A stretch of 64,000 nucleotides of DNA from an uncultured Candidatus Actinomarina sp. (GTDB lineage: Bacteria; Actinomycetota; Acidimicrobiia; Actinomarinales; Actinomarinaceae): contig CACDQN010000003.1 in assembly GCA_902555055.1 (NCBI GenBank), positions 15,860-79,859 on the forward strand. Reading direction: 5' to 3'. This document shows, piece after piece, positions 19,710 to 30,013 of the stretch; positions within the stretch are counted from its first letter, which is position 1, and each line of letters begins with the position of its first letter. Position numbers and translations under genes: made by a program. Below the pieces are notes generated by a model. The model was given only the letters and a program-made list of their open reading frames with translations. It had not been told where the DNA came from and did not search any database.

Positions 19710-21041
19710 ATGATAAGAAAAAACTTAACATTTGAGAAATTAATAGAAGTGCTTCTTTTTATCTCATTTTTATTAATTTTCTTAGATTCTTATCAGTTAT
19801 TTTCTATTCCACTTACTTGGGTGGGCAGCTCCTCACTACTAATTGTTACTTTTTTAATTTATTTAAAAGAAAATATAAAAATTGATAAATTATTTTTGTT
19901 AATTTTAATAATTTGCTTGATCCCTACAATCTTTAACTTTCTTTTAAATGACTATTTTGAATTAGATATTTTTTACACCATTTTGAGAATATTTAGCTTT
20001 GTTAGTTTTGCTTTTATAATTTATATATTTTTTAATTCAAACTATAAAGAAATGGCAATTAAAGTTTTAAAATTTGTTTTTTTAGTTGTTATTGCAGTAT
20101 CTATTTATGCATTTTTTGCTCAGTTATTTAATTTATATGAACCATTTAGAAATAGACCTGGAACGGGAATACTCGGTTTTGATACACAAACAAATTTTTG
20201 GATTTCAGGAAGTCACAGGTTGGTAGGAACTTTTAGAGAACCAGTCTTTATGGTATCCTTACTGTTTCCTTGCTTCTTAGTAATCCATTACAAAGCCATG
20301 AATTCTAGATTATTCTATTTATTTTCAGGAATCTTGTTTGGCTTAACTAAAAGTGAACTTTCATTATTTTTCATTTTATTTTTTTTAATTATCGAAATAT
20401 TGTTAAAAAATTTTAATCATAAAGTTATGATATTTTTACTAGTATTTATAACTTGTTTCTTCGTATCAATTAGAGAGTGTGACATAAGTCCTAATAATGC
20501 TGAATGTCCTCAATATGAATCAAGTATGACTACAGATTTTATTGATGATTCAATTGACGATCAAACTTCAAGTCCTAGTTCATTTCAGTTCAATAATAGA
20601 GAACGATTGGATACAGCTTCTTTTACTTTAGAATATTTGAATAAGAATATCGGTTTTGGATTTGGTTCTACAAATGAAAATTATACGGATTACTTAAGCA
20701 AAAATATAAGTAATGAAATGTATTTAACAAACCGAACATTTCCAAAGTATCTAAATATTAAATATCTATCTAAATCATTTGGTACAGGGAGGTATTTTTT
20801 GACTTATGAAGATATAAATATTCAAAATAACTTTCTATTTAATTTATTTTCTATTGGTATGTTTTATTTAGTTATTTTATTTCTTGTCTTCGTATATTTA
20901 ATAAAAGTAAATTTTCACAGTGGTATAAAAACAATTTTTCTAATCATCTGTATTTCACTAGCTGCGTATGAAGATTTATTACCAATATTTGGACTGTATT
21001 TAAGCCTCATGTTTACAATGGATAAAAATGCAAATAAATAA
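19710..21041 (+). CDS. Wzy/WaaL-like (O-antigen polymerase/ligase family) membrane protein
   Basis: Polytopic protein with a ~110-aa hydrophilic loop (ECDISPNNAECPQYE...) before the last TM block. Motif positions are shared with the 53793 and 37693 proteins (GTFREP.., ..NNFLFNLFSIG). Degenerate, so moderate confidence. Confidence 0.5.
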   Translation: MIRKNLTFEKLIEVLLFISFLLIFLDSYQLFSIPLTWVGSSSLLIVTFLIYLKENIKIDKLFLLILIICLIPTIFNFLLNDYFELDIFYTILRIFSFVSFAFIIYIFFNSNYKEMAIKVLKFVFLVVIAVSIYAFFAQLFNLYEPFRNRPGTGILGFDTQTNFWISGSHRLVGTFREPVFMVSLLFPCFLVIHYKAMNSRLFYLFSGILFGLTKSELSLFFILFFLIIEILLKNFNHKVMIFLLVFITCFFVSIRECDISPNNAECPQYESSMTTDFIDDSIDDQTSSPSSFQFNNRERLDTASFTLEYLNKNIGFGFGSTNENYTDYLSKNISNEMYLTNRTFPKYLNIKYLSKSFGTGRYFLTYEDINIQNNFLFNLFSIGMFYLVILFLVFVYLIKVNFHSGIKTIFLIICISLAAYEDLLPIFGLYLSLMFTMDKNANK

Positions 21042-22095
21042 TTTTTCTGCAGGGCCATCAAAAATACCTGAATCTATAATTAAAGAAATTTCAAAAGATC
21101 TTATAGATTATAATAAGTTAGGCTATTCAGTACTAGAGTTATCACATAGAAGTGATGAATTTTCAAACATAGTAAACAAAACTAAAGATCACCTCATTGA
21201 ATTATTAGGCATTCCTAATAATTTTGAAATTCTTTTACTTCAAGGCGGTGCAACTTTTCAGAATACGTTTATTCCAGCAAATAATCCTGAAATAAATAAT
21301 GATGTAGCCTTTTTACTCTCAGGAACCTGGGGAATAAAAACTTATAACGATTTTAATCATTATTTTAATTCAACAGTTCCCTCCGTATCTCTTCAGAATC
21401 AATCTATTGATGAAATTGTGTATGAAATTAATAATCTTAAGGAAAATTACTTATGCTTAACCTCTAATGAGACAATAGAGGGATTACAAATCAGAGAATT
21501 TAATAAATTTAAAAATAAAAAATTAATTATTGATATGTCTTCTGATATATGTTCATATAAATTTGATTGGGACAATATTGCATACGTATACGCGGGAGCT
21601 CAGAAAAACTTAGGTATTCCAGGAGTAACTGTATGTATTTTCGAAAAAAAATTTTTTAAAGATAACAATTTAACTAGCTATTTAAACGCTCAAAACCATA
21701 TTGAAAAAAATTCAGCATTTAACACCCCACCTACATTTTCAATTTATGTGATGCTTAAGGTTTTAGAGTGGATTCATGAAACTGGAGGAATCGAAAAAAT
21801 TGAAAAAAATAGCAAAAAAAAAGCAAAATATTTATATGATTTCTTAGATGACAATAATCAGAAGTTAATTTTAAATGTATCAAAAGAATATAGGAGTTAT
21901 TCAAATATAGTTTTTGATTTTAAAAATCAAAAACTAACAAAATTATTTTTAGAAGAAAGTATTAGTAAAGGGTTTATTGGTTTGAATGGCCACAGAAATG
22001 TTGGGGGTATTAGAGTAAGTAATTACAACAGCATTGAATTAAGGATGATTGAAGAATTCATTCACCATCTTAAAGTTTTTTTATCAAACAACTAA
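21028..22095 (+). CDS. serC: Phosphoserine aminotransferase
   Basis: NFSAGPSKIPESI, ELSHRSDEF and the PLP-lysine block GAQKNLGIPGVTV. 355 aa. 14-bp overlap with the preceding membrane-protein gene. Confidence 0.9.
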   Translation: MQINNFSAGPSKIPESIIKEISKDLIDYNKLGYSVLELSHRSDEFSNIVNKTKDHLIELLGIPNNFEILLLQGGATFQNTFIPANNPEINNDVAFLLSGTWGIKTYNDFNHYFNSTVPSVSLQNQSIDEIVYEINNLKENYLCLTSNETIEGLQIREFNKFKNKKLIIDMSSDICSYKFDWDNIAYVYAGAQKNLGIPGVTVCIFEKKFFKDNNLTSYLNAQNHIEKNSAFNTPPTFSIYVMLKVLEWIHETGGIEKIEKNSKKKAKYLYDFLDDNNQKLILNVSKEYRSYSNIVFDFKNQKLTKLFLEESISKGFIGLNGHRNVGGIRVSNYNSIELRMIEEFIHHLKVFLSNN

Positions 22096-22102
22096 TTAAA
22101 AC

Positions 22103-22747
22103 ATGATTATTAATAATTTTGTACAGTTGCAATTATCAAATAAAAATCTAATAGCTTATAAAACGCAGCTTAATATTTTAAATAATAGGAAAATAATAAT
22201 TCCACATGAGGAAATAAAAAATAATAACTATATTACTAAAGACATAATTTCCCATTCTTTAATTGTCCTTGGTGTTATTTTTGAATCTATAGATGAAGAA
22301 ATAATCTGTAAGGATGAGATGTTTATTCTAGATGGTCACCATAGATTTCAATTTATATTAGAAAATTCACTTAATGAATATTTTAATGTAGTTTTACTTG
22401 ATTTAAATAATATTAAAATTGAGTCTTATAATTCAGAACTGCTTGTAGATAAAGATATATTCTTAAATAAATTAGATTCAGAAAATATTTTAACCAATAG
22501 TTCAGAATCTAATTTATTTATTCAGGTTGATGAGGAGAAATATTATTTAAACAACATTACAAGTATTAGCGATCTCTATAGTTATAAAAAAGCACTTATG
22601 GCAGACAACTTTATTTCACCTATTGCAAATGATAAAAAGACAAAAAAAGTTAAAGTAAATTTTACATCTCTTACTTCTAATGACTTTAAGAAAGGTAGTA
22701 TTTTCCCCTATAAGTCAACATGGATAACTCCAAGGTTTAATTCATAA
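22103..22747 (+). CDS. Uncharacterised DGHHR-motif protein (half-size DUF1015 / ParB-Srx-like)
   Basis: Central FILDGHHRF (the ParB/Srx and DUF1015 hallmark) and C-terminal PYKSTWITPRF. The latter resembles the DUF1015 C-terminal P.KST.F.PK block as I remember it. 214 aa versus ~400 aa for typical family members. Confidence 0.4.
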   Translation: MIINNFVQLQLSNKNLIAYKTQLNILNNRKIIIPHEEIKNNNYITKDIISHSLIVLGVIFESIDEEIICKDEMFILDGHHRFQFILENSLNEYFNVVLLDLNNIKIESYNSELLVDKDIFLNKLDSENILTNSSESNLFIQVDEEKYYLNNITSISDLYSYKKALMADNFISPIANDKKTKKVKVNFTSLTSNDFKKGSIFPYKSTWITPRFNS

Positions 22748-22802
22748 TGAAAGATTATAAAAATTCTGAATGGTCCATACTTAATAAAACAGGTATGAAA
22801 AT

Positions 22803-23906
22803 ATGAAAATTTGTCATGTCATTAATGACTTATCAAGAGGCGGGGCAGAAACGCATTTACTTTCTTTAGTTGAGCTTCAAATTCAACAAGATAACGAAGT
22901 TAGTGTTTTATTGCTTGGAAGAGATCAGGATCACTTTGTATCTTTAGAAAGGGAGTTTATTGAATTAGGTGTAAAACTTAAGCGACTTAATGGTCCAAAA
23001 AAATTACAAGGTTTAAATCCATTCTCAATTTTTATAGCGACTCGATATTTCAGTGTTCAAAAATTTGATATTGTCCATACTCACTCACCAAGAAGTGATT
23101 TTCTCGTTTATATTTCTCAGAAGATTTTTAAGAATATTAACAAACGAATAGTTTCTATTCATGGAAAGTATGGAACCTATTTACAAGGTAATAAGTATGT
23201 CGACATCCTAAGAAGGTATTTCATAAATAAGCAGGCTAAAATTTGGCTAAGCGCACATAAGGTTATTGTCATATCTGAAAGTATAAAAGAATGGCTTAAT
23301 GCTTTAAATCCCTCAATAAAACCCGTAGTCATTCCTTATGGAATAAATAATCAAGATTTAGAAATTAATTTTACAAATAAAAATATAGGTTTTTTAGGTA
23401 GATTAAATAAAAATAAAGGAATTGAAGATTTGATTACAGTTTTTAATTCCATAACAAATGAACATAATAAAGAAATTTCACAATTCACTCTTTATATTGG
23501 CGGTGTTGGTACAGATACTTACGTTAAAAATTTACAAAAAACAACAACAGATAAAAATATTGAATTTCTTGGATATGTAAGTGATAGAAATAAATTCTTT
23601 AAATCACTTAGTGTTTTTGTTTTTCCATCATACTCAGAAGGCCTAGGTTTAGTATTGCTTGAGGCAATGTCATATGGAGTTCTCTGTATTGCTAGAGATG
23701 CTGCTCCAATGAACAAAATAATTAATCATGCAGATAATGGTTTTTTGTTTACTGATAATCAAGATCTAAAAAAAATTATTGAAACAGCATTGAAATTGAA
23801 TCAAAAAGAAAAAACTCAAATTATTAAAAATGCTCTTCATACAATAGAAAATTCATACAGTATAATTCAAATGTATTCGAGTATTGAAAAAGTTTATAGC
23901 AGTTAA
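22803..23906 (+). CDS. GT4-family glycosyltransferase
   Basis: GT-B fold with an EX7E motif ([16 protein letters not shown]) and N-terminal GGAETH sugar-donor-loop-like block. Paralogue of the GT4 at 54967. Confidence 0.8.
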   Translation: MKICHVINDLSRGGAETHLLSLVELQIQQDNEVSVLLLGRDQDHFVSLEREFIELGVKLKRLNGPKKLQGLNPFSIFIATRYFSVQKFDIVHTHSPRSDFLVYISQKIFKNINKRIVSIHGKYGTYLQGNKYVDILRRYFINKQAKIWLSAHKVIVISESIKEWLNALNPSIKPVVIPYGINNQDLEINFTNKNIGFLGRLNKNKGIEDLITVFNSITNEHNKEISQFTLYIGGVGTDTYVKNLQKTTTDKNIEFLGYVSDRNKFFKSLSVFVFPSYSEGLGLVLLEAMSYGVLCIARDAAPMNKIINHADNGFLFTDNQDLKKIIETALKLNQKEKTQIIKNALHTIENSYSIIQMYSSIEKVYSS

Positions 23907-23911
23907 TAATT

Positions 23912-26341
23912 ATGGTTTTTAATCACACCGAGATAGAAAAAAAGTGGCAGGAACAATGGAATAACCAGCAGCTAGCAAGTTGCAATGTGTCCATTAAGAA
24001 AGATAATTTTTATAATCTTTGTATGTACCCTTATCCATCTGGTGACTTACATATGGGGCATATAAGAAATTATACAATTGGTGATGTAATTACCCGCTAT
24101 AAGCAAAAAAATGGTTTCAATGTACTTTCTCCTATGGGTTGGGATTCATTCGGCCTTCCAGCAGAAAATGCAGCTATTAAAACTGGAATACATCCAAAAA
24201 AATTTACTGAGGAACGTATAAGTAACATGAGAAGTCAGATAAAAAGATTAGGGTCTCTTTATGATTGGAACAAAGAAGTTGCTGCTCATGATCAGGACTA
24301 TTACAGGTGGACACAGTACTTGTTTATAAAACTATTTGAAAATGGTCTTGCTTATAAAGAGGACGCCCCTGTGAACTGGTGTACATCATGTAAAACTGTA
24401 TTAGCAAACGAACAGGTAGTAGAGGGGTGCTGTGAAAGATGTGATGCAAATGTTCAGCAAAAAAACTTAAACCAATGGTTTTTCAAAATTTCTGAATATT
24501 CTGAAGAACTTCTTCAAGGACTAGATGAAATAGGGGATTGGCCATCAAATGTCAAAGCTATGCAAGAAAATTGGATCGGTAAATCCCAGGGAGCAGAGTT
24601 CAGCCTTAATATTTTAAATACAGATTTAAATTTTGAAGTATTTACAACTCGCCTAGACACATTATATGGAATGACTTTTGCGGTTTTAGCACCTGAACAT
24701 CCTACAGTTAATGAAATTCTTAAGATTTCTCCAAATTCTAAGGAGATAGAAAAATATATATCAAAATCAAAATCAAAATCAGAATTTGAAAGAATGTCAA
24801 TCTCGAAAAAGAAAACTGGCATTGATACAGGCCTATTTGTTTCAAACCCTATTAATGGAGAAAAAGTTCCATTGTGGATTGCAGATTATGTTTTAGTAAA
24901 TTACGGCACAGGGGCAATAATGGCTGTTCCTGGGCATGATGAGCGAGACTATGAATTTGCAAAGGTTTATGATCTTGATATTGTACAGGTAATCATTGAT
25001 GAAAGAAAATCTGTAAATATTGATAAAGAGCCTTATGTTGATAAAGGTATATTGATTAATTCTGGAGAATATAACAATCTTAAGTCTCATGATGAAGCAT
25101 CAGAAGAAATTTTAAAGCAGCTTACTGGGAATGATATTGGAGAGAAAAAAACAACATTTAGGTTAAGAGATTGGCTTATTAGCCGCCAGAGATACTGGGG
25201 TTGTCCAATTCCAGTAATTAACTGTAGTAATTGTGGTTTGGTTGCAGAAAGTCTTGATAACTTACCCGTTCTATTGCCTGAGATTGATGATTATAAAAAC
25301 TCTGAAGATTCACCACTGGCTAAAAGTAAAGATTTTATTAATACAAACTGTCCTAAATGTGGCATTCAATGCACAAGAGAGACCGATACTATGGATACAT
25401 TTGTTGACTCATCTTGGTATTTTTTAAGATTTTTAGATTCAGACAATACAAATCTACCCTTTAATAAAGAGATAATTAATGATTGGTTACCAATAAACCA
25501 ATACATTGGTGGGGTAGAGCATGCAATTTTGCATCTACTATATTCAAGATTTTTTGTAAAAGCATTGAGAGATATTGGGATGCTTGATGTCAATGAACCT
25601 TTTCATAACTTATTTAGCCAAGGTATGATTAACTTTGGTGGCTCTAAAATGTCTAAGTCAAAAGGAAACGTTGTTGACCCTGAGTCATATTTTTCTACCC
25701 ATGGTGCTGATGCTTTAAGATTGTATATACTTTTCATGGCACCACCAAGTGACGGAGTAGAGTGGAATGATGGTGGAATAGAGGGTACGAAACGATTTTT
25801 AAATAAGATATGGGATAATTTTGAAAAATTAGCTTTACTTGAAACTAACGAACAACATGAATCAGATTTGGACATCATTAGAAAAATTAATCAAACCATT
25901 TTTACTGTTACCAAACATCTTGATAAATTTGAATTCAATACTGCAGTATCTGATTTAATGAAATTAAATATTGAGTTAACTAAATTTTTAAATTCAACAA
26001 TAAAGGTATCTAAAAAAACAAAAGAGTATATTACTTTTAACATTTGTAGCCTTCTTTATCCTTTCGCACCTCATATGTCGTCAGAACTATTTTATCTTTA
26101 TACAAATCAAAATATTTCTGAATTTTCCTGGCCAAATTTTGACAAAGAAAACTTAACTAATCCTACTTATGAGCTAGTTGTACAAATAAATGGCAAGAAG
26201 AAACATACAAAAATAATCAATACCGGTACTTCACAAGATGAGGTTGAAAAAATTTGTGCACTAGAATTTGAGATAGAAACAAAAAATTACAAAAATATTA
26301 TTTTTGTAGAAGATAAAATTATAAACTTTATTGGACAATGA
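23912..26341 (+). CDS. leuS: Leucyl-tRNA synthetase
   Basis: HIGH-type motif ([11 protein letters not shown]), KMSKS ([11 protein letters not shown]) and a CP1 editing-domain insertion. 809 aa. Confidence 0.97.
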   Translation: MVFNHTEIEKKWQEQWNNQQLASCNVSIKKDNFYNLCMYPYPSGDLHMGHIRNYTIGDVITRYKQKNGFNVLSPMGWDSFGLPAENAAIKTGIHPKKFTEERISNMRSQIKRLGSLYDWNKEVAAHDQDYYRWTQYLFIKLFENGLAYKEDAPVNWCTSCKTVLANEQVVEGCCERCDANVQQKNLNQWFFKISEYSEELLQGLDEIGDWPSNVKAMQENWIGKSQGAEFSLNILNTDLNFEVFTTRLDTLYGMTFAVLAPEHPTVNEILKISPNSKEIEKYISKSKSKSEFERMSISKKKTGIDTGLFVSNPINGEKVPLWIADYVLVNYGTGAIMAVPGHDERDYEFAKVYDLDIVQVIIDERKSVNIDKEPYVDKGILINSGEYNNLKSHDEASEEILKQLTGNDIGEKKTTFRLRDWLISRQRYWGCPIPVINCSNCGLVAESLDNLPVLLPEIDDYKNSEDSPLAKSKDFINTNCPKCGIQCTRETDTMDTFVDSSWYFLRFLDSDNTNLPFNKEIINDWLPINQYIGGVEHAILHLLYSRFFVKALRDIGMLDVNEPFHNLFSQGMINFGGSKMSKSKGNVVDPESYFSTHGADALRLYILFMAPPSDGVEWNDGGIEGTKRFLNKIWDNFEKLALLETNEQHESDLDIIRKINQTIFTVTKHLDKFEFNTAVSDLMKLNIELTKFLNSTIKVSKKTKEYITFNICSLLYPFAPHMSSELFYLYTNQNISEFSWPNFDKENLTNPTYELVVQINGKKKHTKIINTGTSQDEVEKICALEFEIETKNYKNIIFVEDKIINFIGQ

Positions 26342-26997
26342 CTTACTTAATAGTTACCGACACACTTATTGATAACTTGGAAAGTTTAGATTTAGATTTA
26401 CAATATCAAAAAATAACTAAAGATGAAGTTAATTTAAACGAACAAAGTTCATTATTTAATGATGATTTTTACAAATTTGTTAATGATGCATACTTTACCT
26501 ACAAGAATCTTCAAGATAATCAATATAACTTTTCTTCAAAATATATTTTTCAAATTAAGAAATCAAATCTTCAAAAATTTCAAGATATTGATGAATTAAC
26601 AATTATACATAATACGTTTAAAGAAAAAGAAAAATTTCCATGGGATCTATCAAATATAATTTTCAACAAAAACAAGAAATTAGATATAGAGTTATTGCAT
26701 TATTTTTCTGATAAAGAAAGCAACTTTAGAAGTTTTTTTTATTTTTTCACTAAAGAAATATTTCGGCTTAAGTTATTGGTTAATAATAATTCCGATGAAG
26801 TCTCTGAAATATTAAATGAAAAAAAAGATTACAAATATGAAAAAGCAGATGATCTTTTAAAAAAACTTGATAAAACTAATGTAGATGCAGCAATCAAATT
26901 ACTTTATAAATTAGAAGAAAAAATGATAAAGTCTACATACAATCAGGAAAATTCAAAAAGGTTTATTATAGCTGTTAAGCAAAAATTACAAGTTTGA
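26338..26997 (+). CDS. Hypothetical protein at the holA (DNA pol III delta) synteny position
   Basis: 219 aa, N/K/D/F-rich, with no clear motif. ATGA overlap with leuS, and the 3' end overlaps the convergent rpsT by 12 bp. In other Actinobacteria holA precedes rpsT/lepA. Confidence 0.3.
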   Translation: MTYLIVTDTLIDNLESLDLDLQYQKITKDEVNLNEQSSLFNDDFYKFVNDAYFTYKNLQDNQYNFSSKYIFQIKKSNLQKFQDIDELTIIHNTFKEKEKFPWDLSNIIFNKNKKLDIELLHYFSDKESNFRSFFYFFTKEIFRLKLLVNNNSDEVSEILNEKKDYKYEKADDLLKKLDKTNVDAAIKLLYKLEEKMIKSTYNQENSKRFIIAVKQKLQV

Positions 26998-27216
26998 TAT
27001 TTTTGACTTATTTCTGTCTCTAAACTTTTTATTGATAATACCTTTTGAATATGCAATATCTAGAGATTTTAGAGCTTGATTTTTTGACTCAGTACTAATT
27101 TCTTCATTTTCTAATATTTTTAATGTAGTTTTTAGTTCACTTTTAAGTGATTTATTTCTAACATTTCTTTTAGAATCTTGTCGAATTCTTTTCTTTTGTG
27201 AATTAATATTTGCCAT
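26986..27216 (-). CDS. rpsT: 30S ribosomal protein S20
   Basis: MANINSQKKRIRQDSKRNVRNKSLKSELKT is the typical S20 N-terminus. 76 aa. Divergent from lepA. Confidence 0.9.
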   Translation of the reverse strand: MANINSQKKRIRQDSKRNVRNKSLKSELKTTLKILENEEISTESKNQALKSLDIAYSKGIINKKFRDRNKSKISNL

Positions 27217-27255
27217 GTAAAACCTTTCAGTATATAAGATATTAACTTGATAAAT

Positions 27256-29034
27256 ATGTTACATAATAAAAATTTAAGAAATATTTCGATAATAGCTCAT
27301 GTTGATCATGGTAAGTCAACTTTAGCTGATAGGTTTATTGAAATTTCTGGATTAATTAAACCTGGTGAGCATGTAGATCAAATTCTTGACAGTATGGATC
27401 TAGAAAGAGAAAAAGGAATTACAATTAAATCACAGCCAATTAGGCTTCAGTTCAATGATCTCATACTTAACCTAATTGATACTCCTGGACACGTTGATTT
27501 TTCTTATGAAGTTTCTAGAGCACTGATTGCATGTGATGGAGCTATATTACTAGTAGACGCTACTCAGGGAATTCAAGCACAAACATTTGCACATTCATAT
27601 GCTGCAATAGAAGCAGGGCTAGAAATAATACCAGTTTTAAATAAAATTGATTCAATAGATGCTGATATTGAAAATGCTACAAAACAGATATTTAATTTAA
27701 TTGGATCTAAGGAAAATGAAATATTTCAAATATCAGCAAAAACCGGCGAGGGTGTTAAAAACTTATTACATGAAATTCCTAATCTTATATCTCCACCAGA
27801 ACAGAAAACGGAAGGAATTAATGCATTAATATTTGACTCTTTCTTTGATTCATATAGAGGTGTTGTCGCATCTGTTCGAGTGTTTGGTGATGAAATACCT
27901 TTAGGACAGAAACTAAAGCTAGTAAATTCTAGATATTCATTTGAACCATCTGAAATGGGTTATTTTGATTTAGACTTCTTACCTACTAAAAGTTTAAACA
28001 CAGGCGAAGTTGGGTATATCATCACCGGAGCAAAAGATCTCTCACAAATTAGAGTAGGTGATACTTTAGTCTCTGATGAAGATGATAAGCCAATTGTAGT
28101 TTCTGGATATAAAGAGCCACAACCTACTGTTTTCTCAAGTGTATTTCCATCAGATTCTGATGATTATTCAAAATTAAGAGATTCTTTAGACAAGTATGTA
28201 CTTAATGATGCAAGCTTTTTCTATGAGCCTGAAACCTCTTCTGCTTTTGGCTTTGGTTTTAGATGTGGCTTTCTAGGATTACTCCATCTAGAGATAGTTA
28301 TTGAACGACTAGAAAGAGAATTTGATCTCTCATTAATTGTTACACCACCTTCTGTTGAATTTATGTTAGTAAGAAATAATGATGAAGAAATCATCATAAG
28401 AAACCCAAGTGAAATTGAAAAATATACAGATATAAAAAAAATTAAAGAAAAGTATTGCCTAATAAATTTATTATTTCCTAAAGAGTACTTGGGCCCAATT
28501 ATGCAGCTATTAAACGAAAAGAGGGCAATACAAGAAGATATAAATTATTTAAGTACAACAATGGTAAAAATTAAATATAAACTCCCTTTACTTGAATTAG
28601 TAAATGGTTTTTATGATAATTTAAAATCTATTTCTCAGGGGTTTGCATCTTTAGACTATGAAATCTTAAATTTTGAAGATGGGAATTTGGCAAAATTAGA
28701 TATTTTAGTTAATGGTGAGATGATTGATTCATTTAGCTCAATTCTAGCAAAAGAAAATGCAGAATTTATTGGTAGAAATAGAGTAAAAAAACTATCAGAG
28801 TTGATTCCAAGACAACAGTTTGATATCCCAATTCAAGCAGCAGTAGGATCAAGAATTATTGCTCGAGAGACCATAAAAGCACTTCGTAAAGATGTTACTG
28901 CAAAATTATATGGTGGAGATGTTACTAGAAAGAGAAAGCTTTTAGAAAAGCAAAAAGAAGGTAAGAAAAAGATGAGACAAATAGGAAAAGTCAATGTTCC
29001 TAAGGAGGCTTTTCGGGATTTTCTTAAGCAATAA
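27256..29034 (+). CDS. lepA: Elongation factor 4 (LepA)
   Basis: IRNISIIAHVDHGKSTL (G1), DTPGHVDF (G3), NKID (G4) and the LepA C-terminal domain. ATG 27256 is preferred over the upstream in-frame TTG 27247. Confidence 0.95.
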   Translation: MLHNKNLRNISIIAHVDHGKSTLADRFIEISGLIKPGEHVDQILDSMDLEREKGITIKSQPIRLQFNDLILNLIDTPGHVDFSYEVSRALIACDGAILLVDATQGIQAQTFAHSYAAIEAGLEIIPVLNKIDSIDADIENATKQIFNLIGSKENEIFQISAKTGEGVKNLLHEIPNLISPPEQKTEGINALIFDSFFDSYRGVVASVRVFGDEIPLGQKLKLVNSRYSFEPSEMGYFDLDFLPTKSLNTGEVGYIITGAKDLSQIRVGDTLVSDEDDKPIVVSGYKEPQPTVFSSVFPSDSDDYSKLRDSLDKYVLNDASFFYEPETSSAFGFGFRCGFLGLLHLEIVIERLEREFDLSLIVTPPSVEFMLVRNNDEEIIIRNPSEIEKYTDIKKIKEKYCLINLLFPKEYLGPIMQLLNEKRAIQEDINYLSTTMVKIKYKLPLLELVNGFYDNLKSISQGFASLDYEILNFEDGNLAKLDILVNGEMIDSFSSILAKENAEFIGRNRVKKLSELIPRQQFDIPIQAAVGSRIIARETIKALRKDVTAKLYGGDVTRKRKLLEKQKEGKKKMRQIGKVNVPKEAFRDFLKQ

Positions 29035-29666
29035 TGTTTACTCCCACTGTGTATACACCTGATGTTGATATTGGAAATAATAAAGTTAATCTTTCTGCGT
29101 CGAAGTTACATCATATAAAGAACGTTCTTAGGTTAAGGGAAAATAGTGATATAAACATATCAAATGGCAAAGGTCACATAATGTATGGAACCTTAAAAGA
29201 GGATTTTGTTTTAATTAACAATGTAAAAGAGTTTCAAAAACCAAATCTTATTAAGATATTTATTCCCTTTTTAAGGGAAAAAAATAGATTCAGATACTTA
29301 ATTGAAAAATTAGTTGAACTGAATGTAGCAGAGATACATATTGGAGAAACTCATAATACACAAAAAATTAATATCAAAAGTGAAAAGATTGAGTCTTGGG
29401 TTGTTTCTGCTATTGAACAATCAGGATCACCATTTTATCCAAAGATAATATACTCAAAATACATAGATTTTGATTTATTTGATACATGTTTTGATATTTC
29501 AGGTGAACAAATCACTAATAATAAAAATATTACTAATTTTGCAATAGGACCTGAAGGTGGTTGGTCTAAAGAGGAGCTTAAGAATTTTAAGTTTAAATTC
29601 ATGCTCACAGATTTTAATTTAAGAAGTGAAACGGCAGCTATAACTGCATTATCATTAATAATGTAG
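29034..29666 (+). CDS. rsmE: 16S rRNA (uracil1498-N3)-methyltransferase RsmE
   Basis: N-terminal PUA-like block (HHIKNVLRLRENSDINISNGKG) and C-terminal SPOUT knot motif IGPEGGWSKEE. 210 aa. Confidence 0.8.
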   Translation: MFTPTVYTPDVDIGNNKVNLSASKLHHIKNVLRLRENSDINISNGKGHIMYGTLKEDFVLINNVKEFQKPNLIKIFIPFLREKNRFRYLIEKLVELNVAEIHIGETHNTQKINIKSEKIESWVVSAIEQSGSPFYPKIIYSKYIDFDLFDTCFDISGEQITNNKNITNFAIGPEGGWSKEELKNFKFKFMLTDFNLRSETAAITALSLIM

Positions 29667-29671
29667 GTCAA

Positions 29672-30013
29672 ATGAGTAGTAAATCAGTATTTGAATTAAT
29701 TTTATCAGGTGAAATTGAGTCTGAAATCATTTATGAAGATGATGATATTTTTGCTATTAATGATATCAATCCAGTAGCAAAAGTTCATATATTGGTTATA
29801 CCAAAAAAGAAAATTGAAACGATAAATGATTTAAAAGACGCAGATGTTAATTTAGCAGGAAAAATGATTATGGTGGCTAAGGAATTGGCTTATGAAACAG
29901 GTATAGACCTTACAGGCTATAGATTACTTTTTAACACAAATGATGATGCAATGCAGACAGTGTTCCATATTCATTTGCATTTAATTGGGGGGGAGAAGTT
30001 GAAAAATATTTAA
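29672..30013 (+). CDS. HIT-family nucleotide hydrolase (HinT-like)
   Basis: Histidine triad HIHLHLIGG near the C-terminus. 113 aa. Confidence 0.85.
   Translation: MSSKSVFELILSGEIESEIIYEDDDIFAINDINPVAKVHILVIPKKKIETINDLKDADVNLAGKMIMVAKELAYETGIDLTGYRLLFNTNDDAMQTVFHIHLHLIGGEKLKNI

Noticed and set aside
21028-22095. serC reinterpreted as a sugar aminotransferase of the glycan locus
   Set aside because: The sequence has the full class-V SerC signature (SAGPS, ELSHRS, GAQKN), not the DegT/WecE-type sugar aminotransferase motifs.
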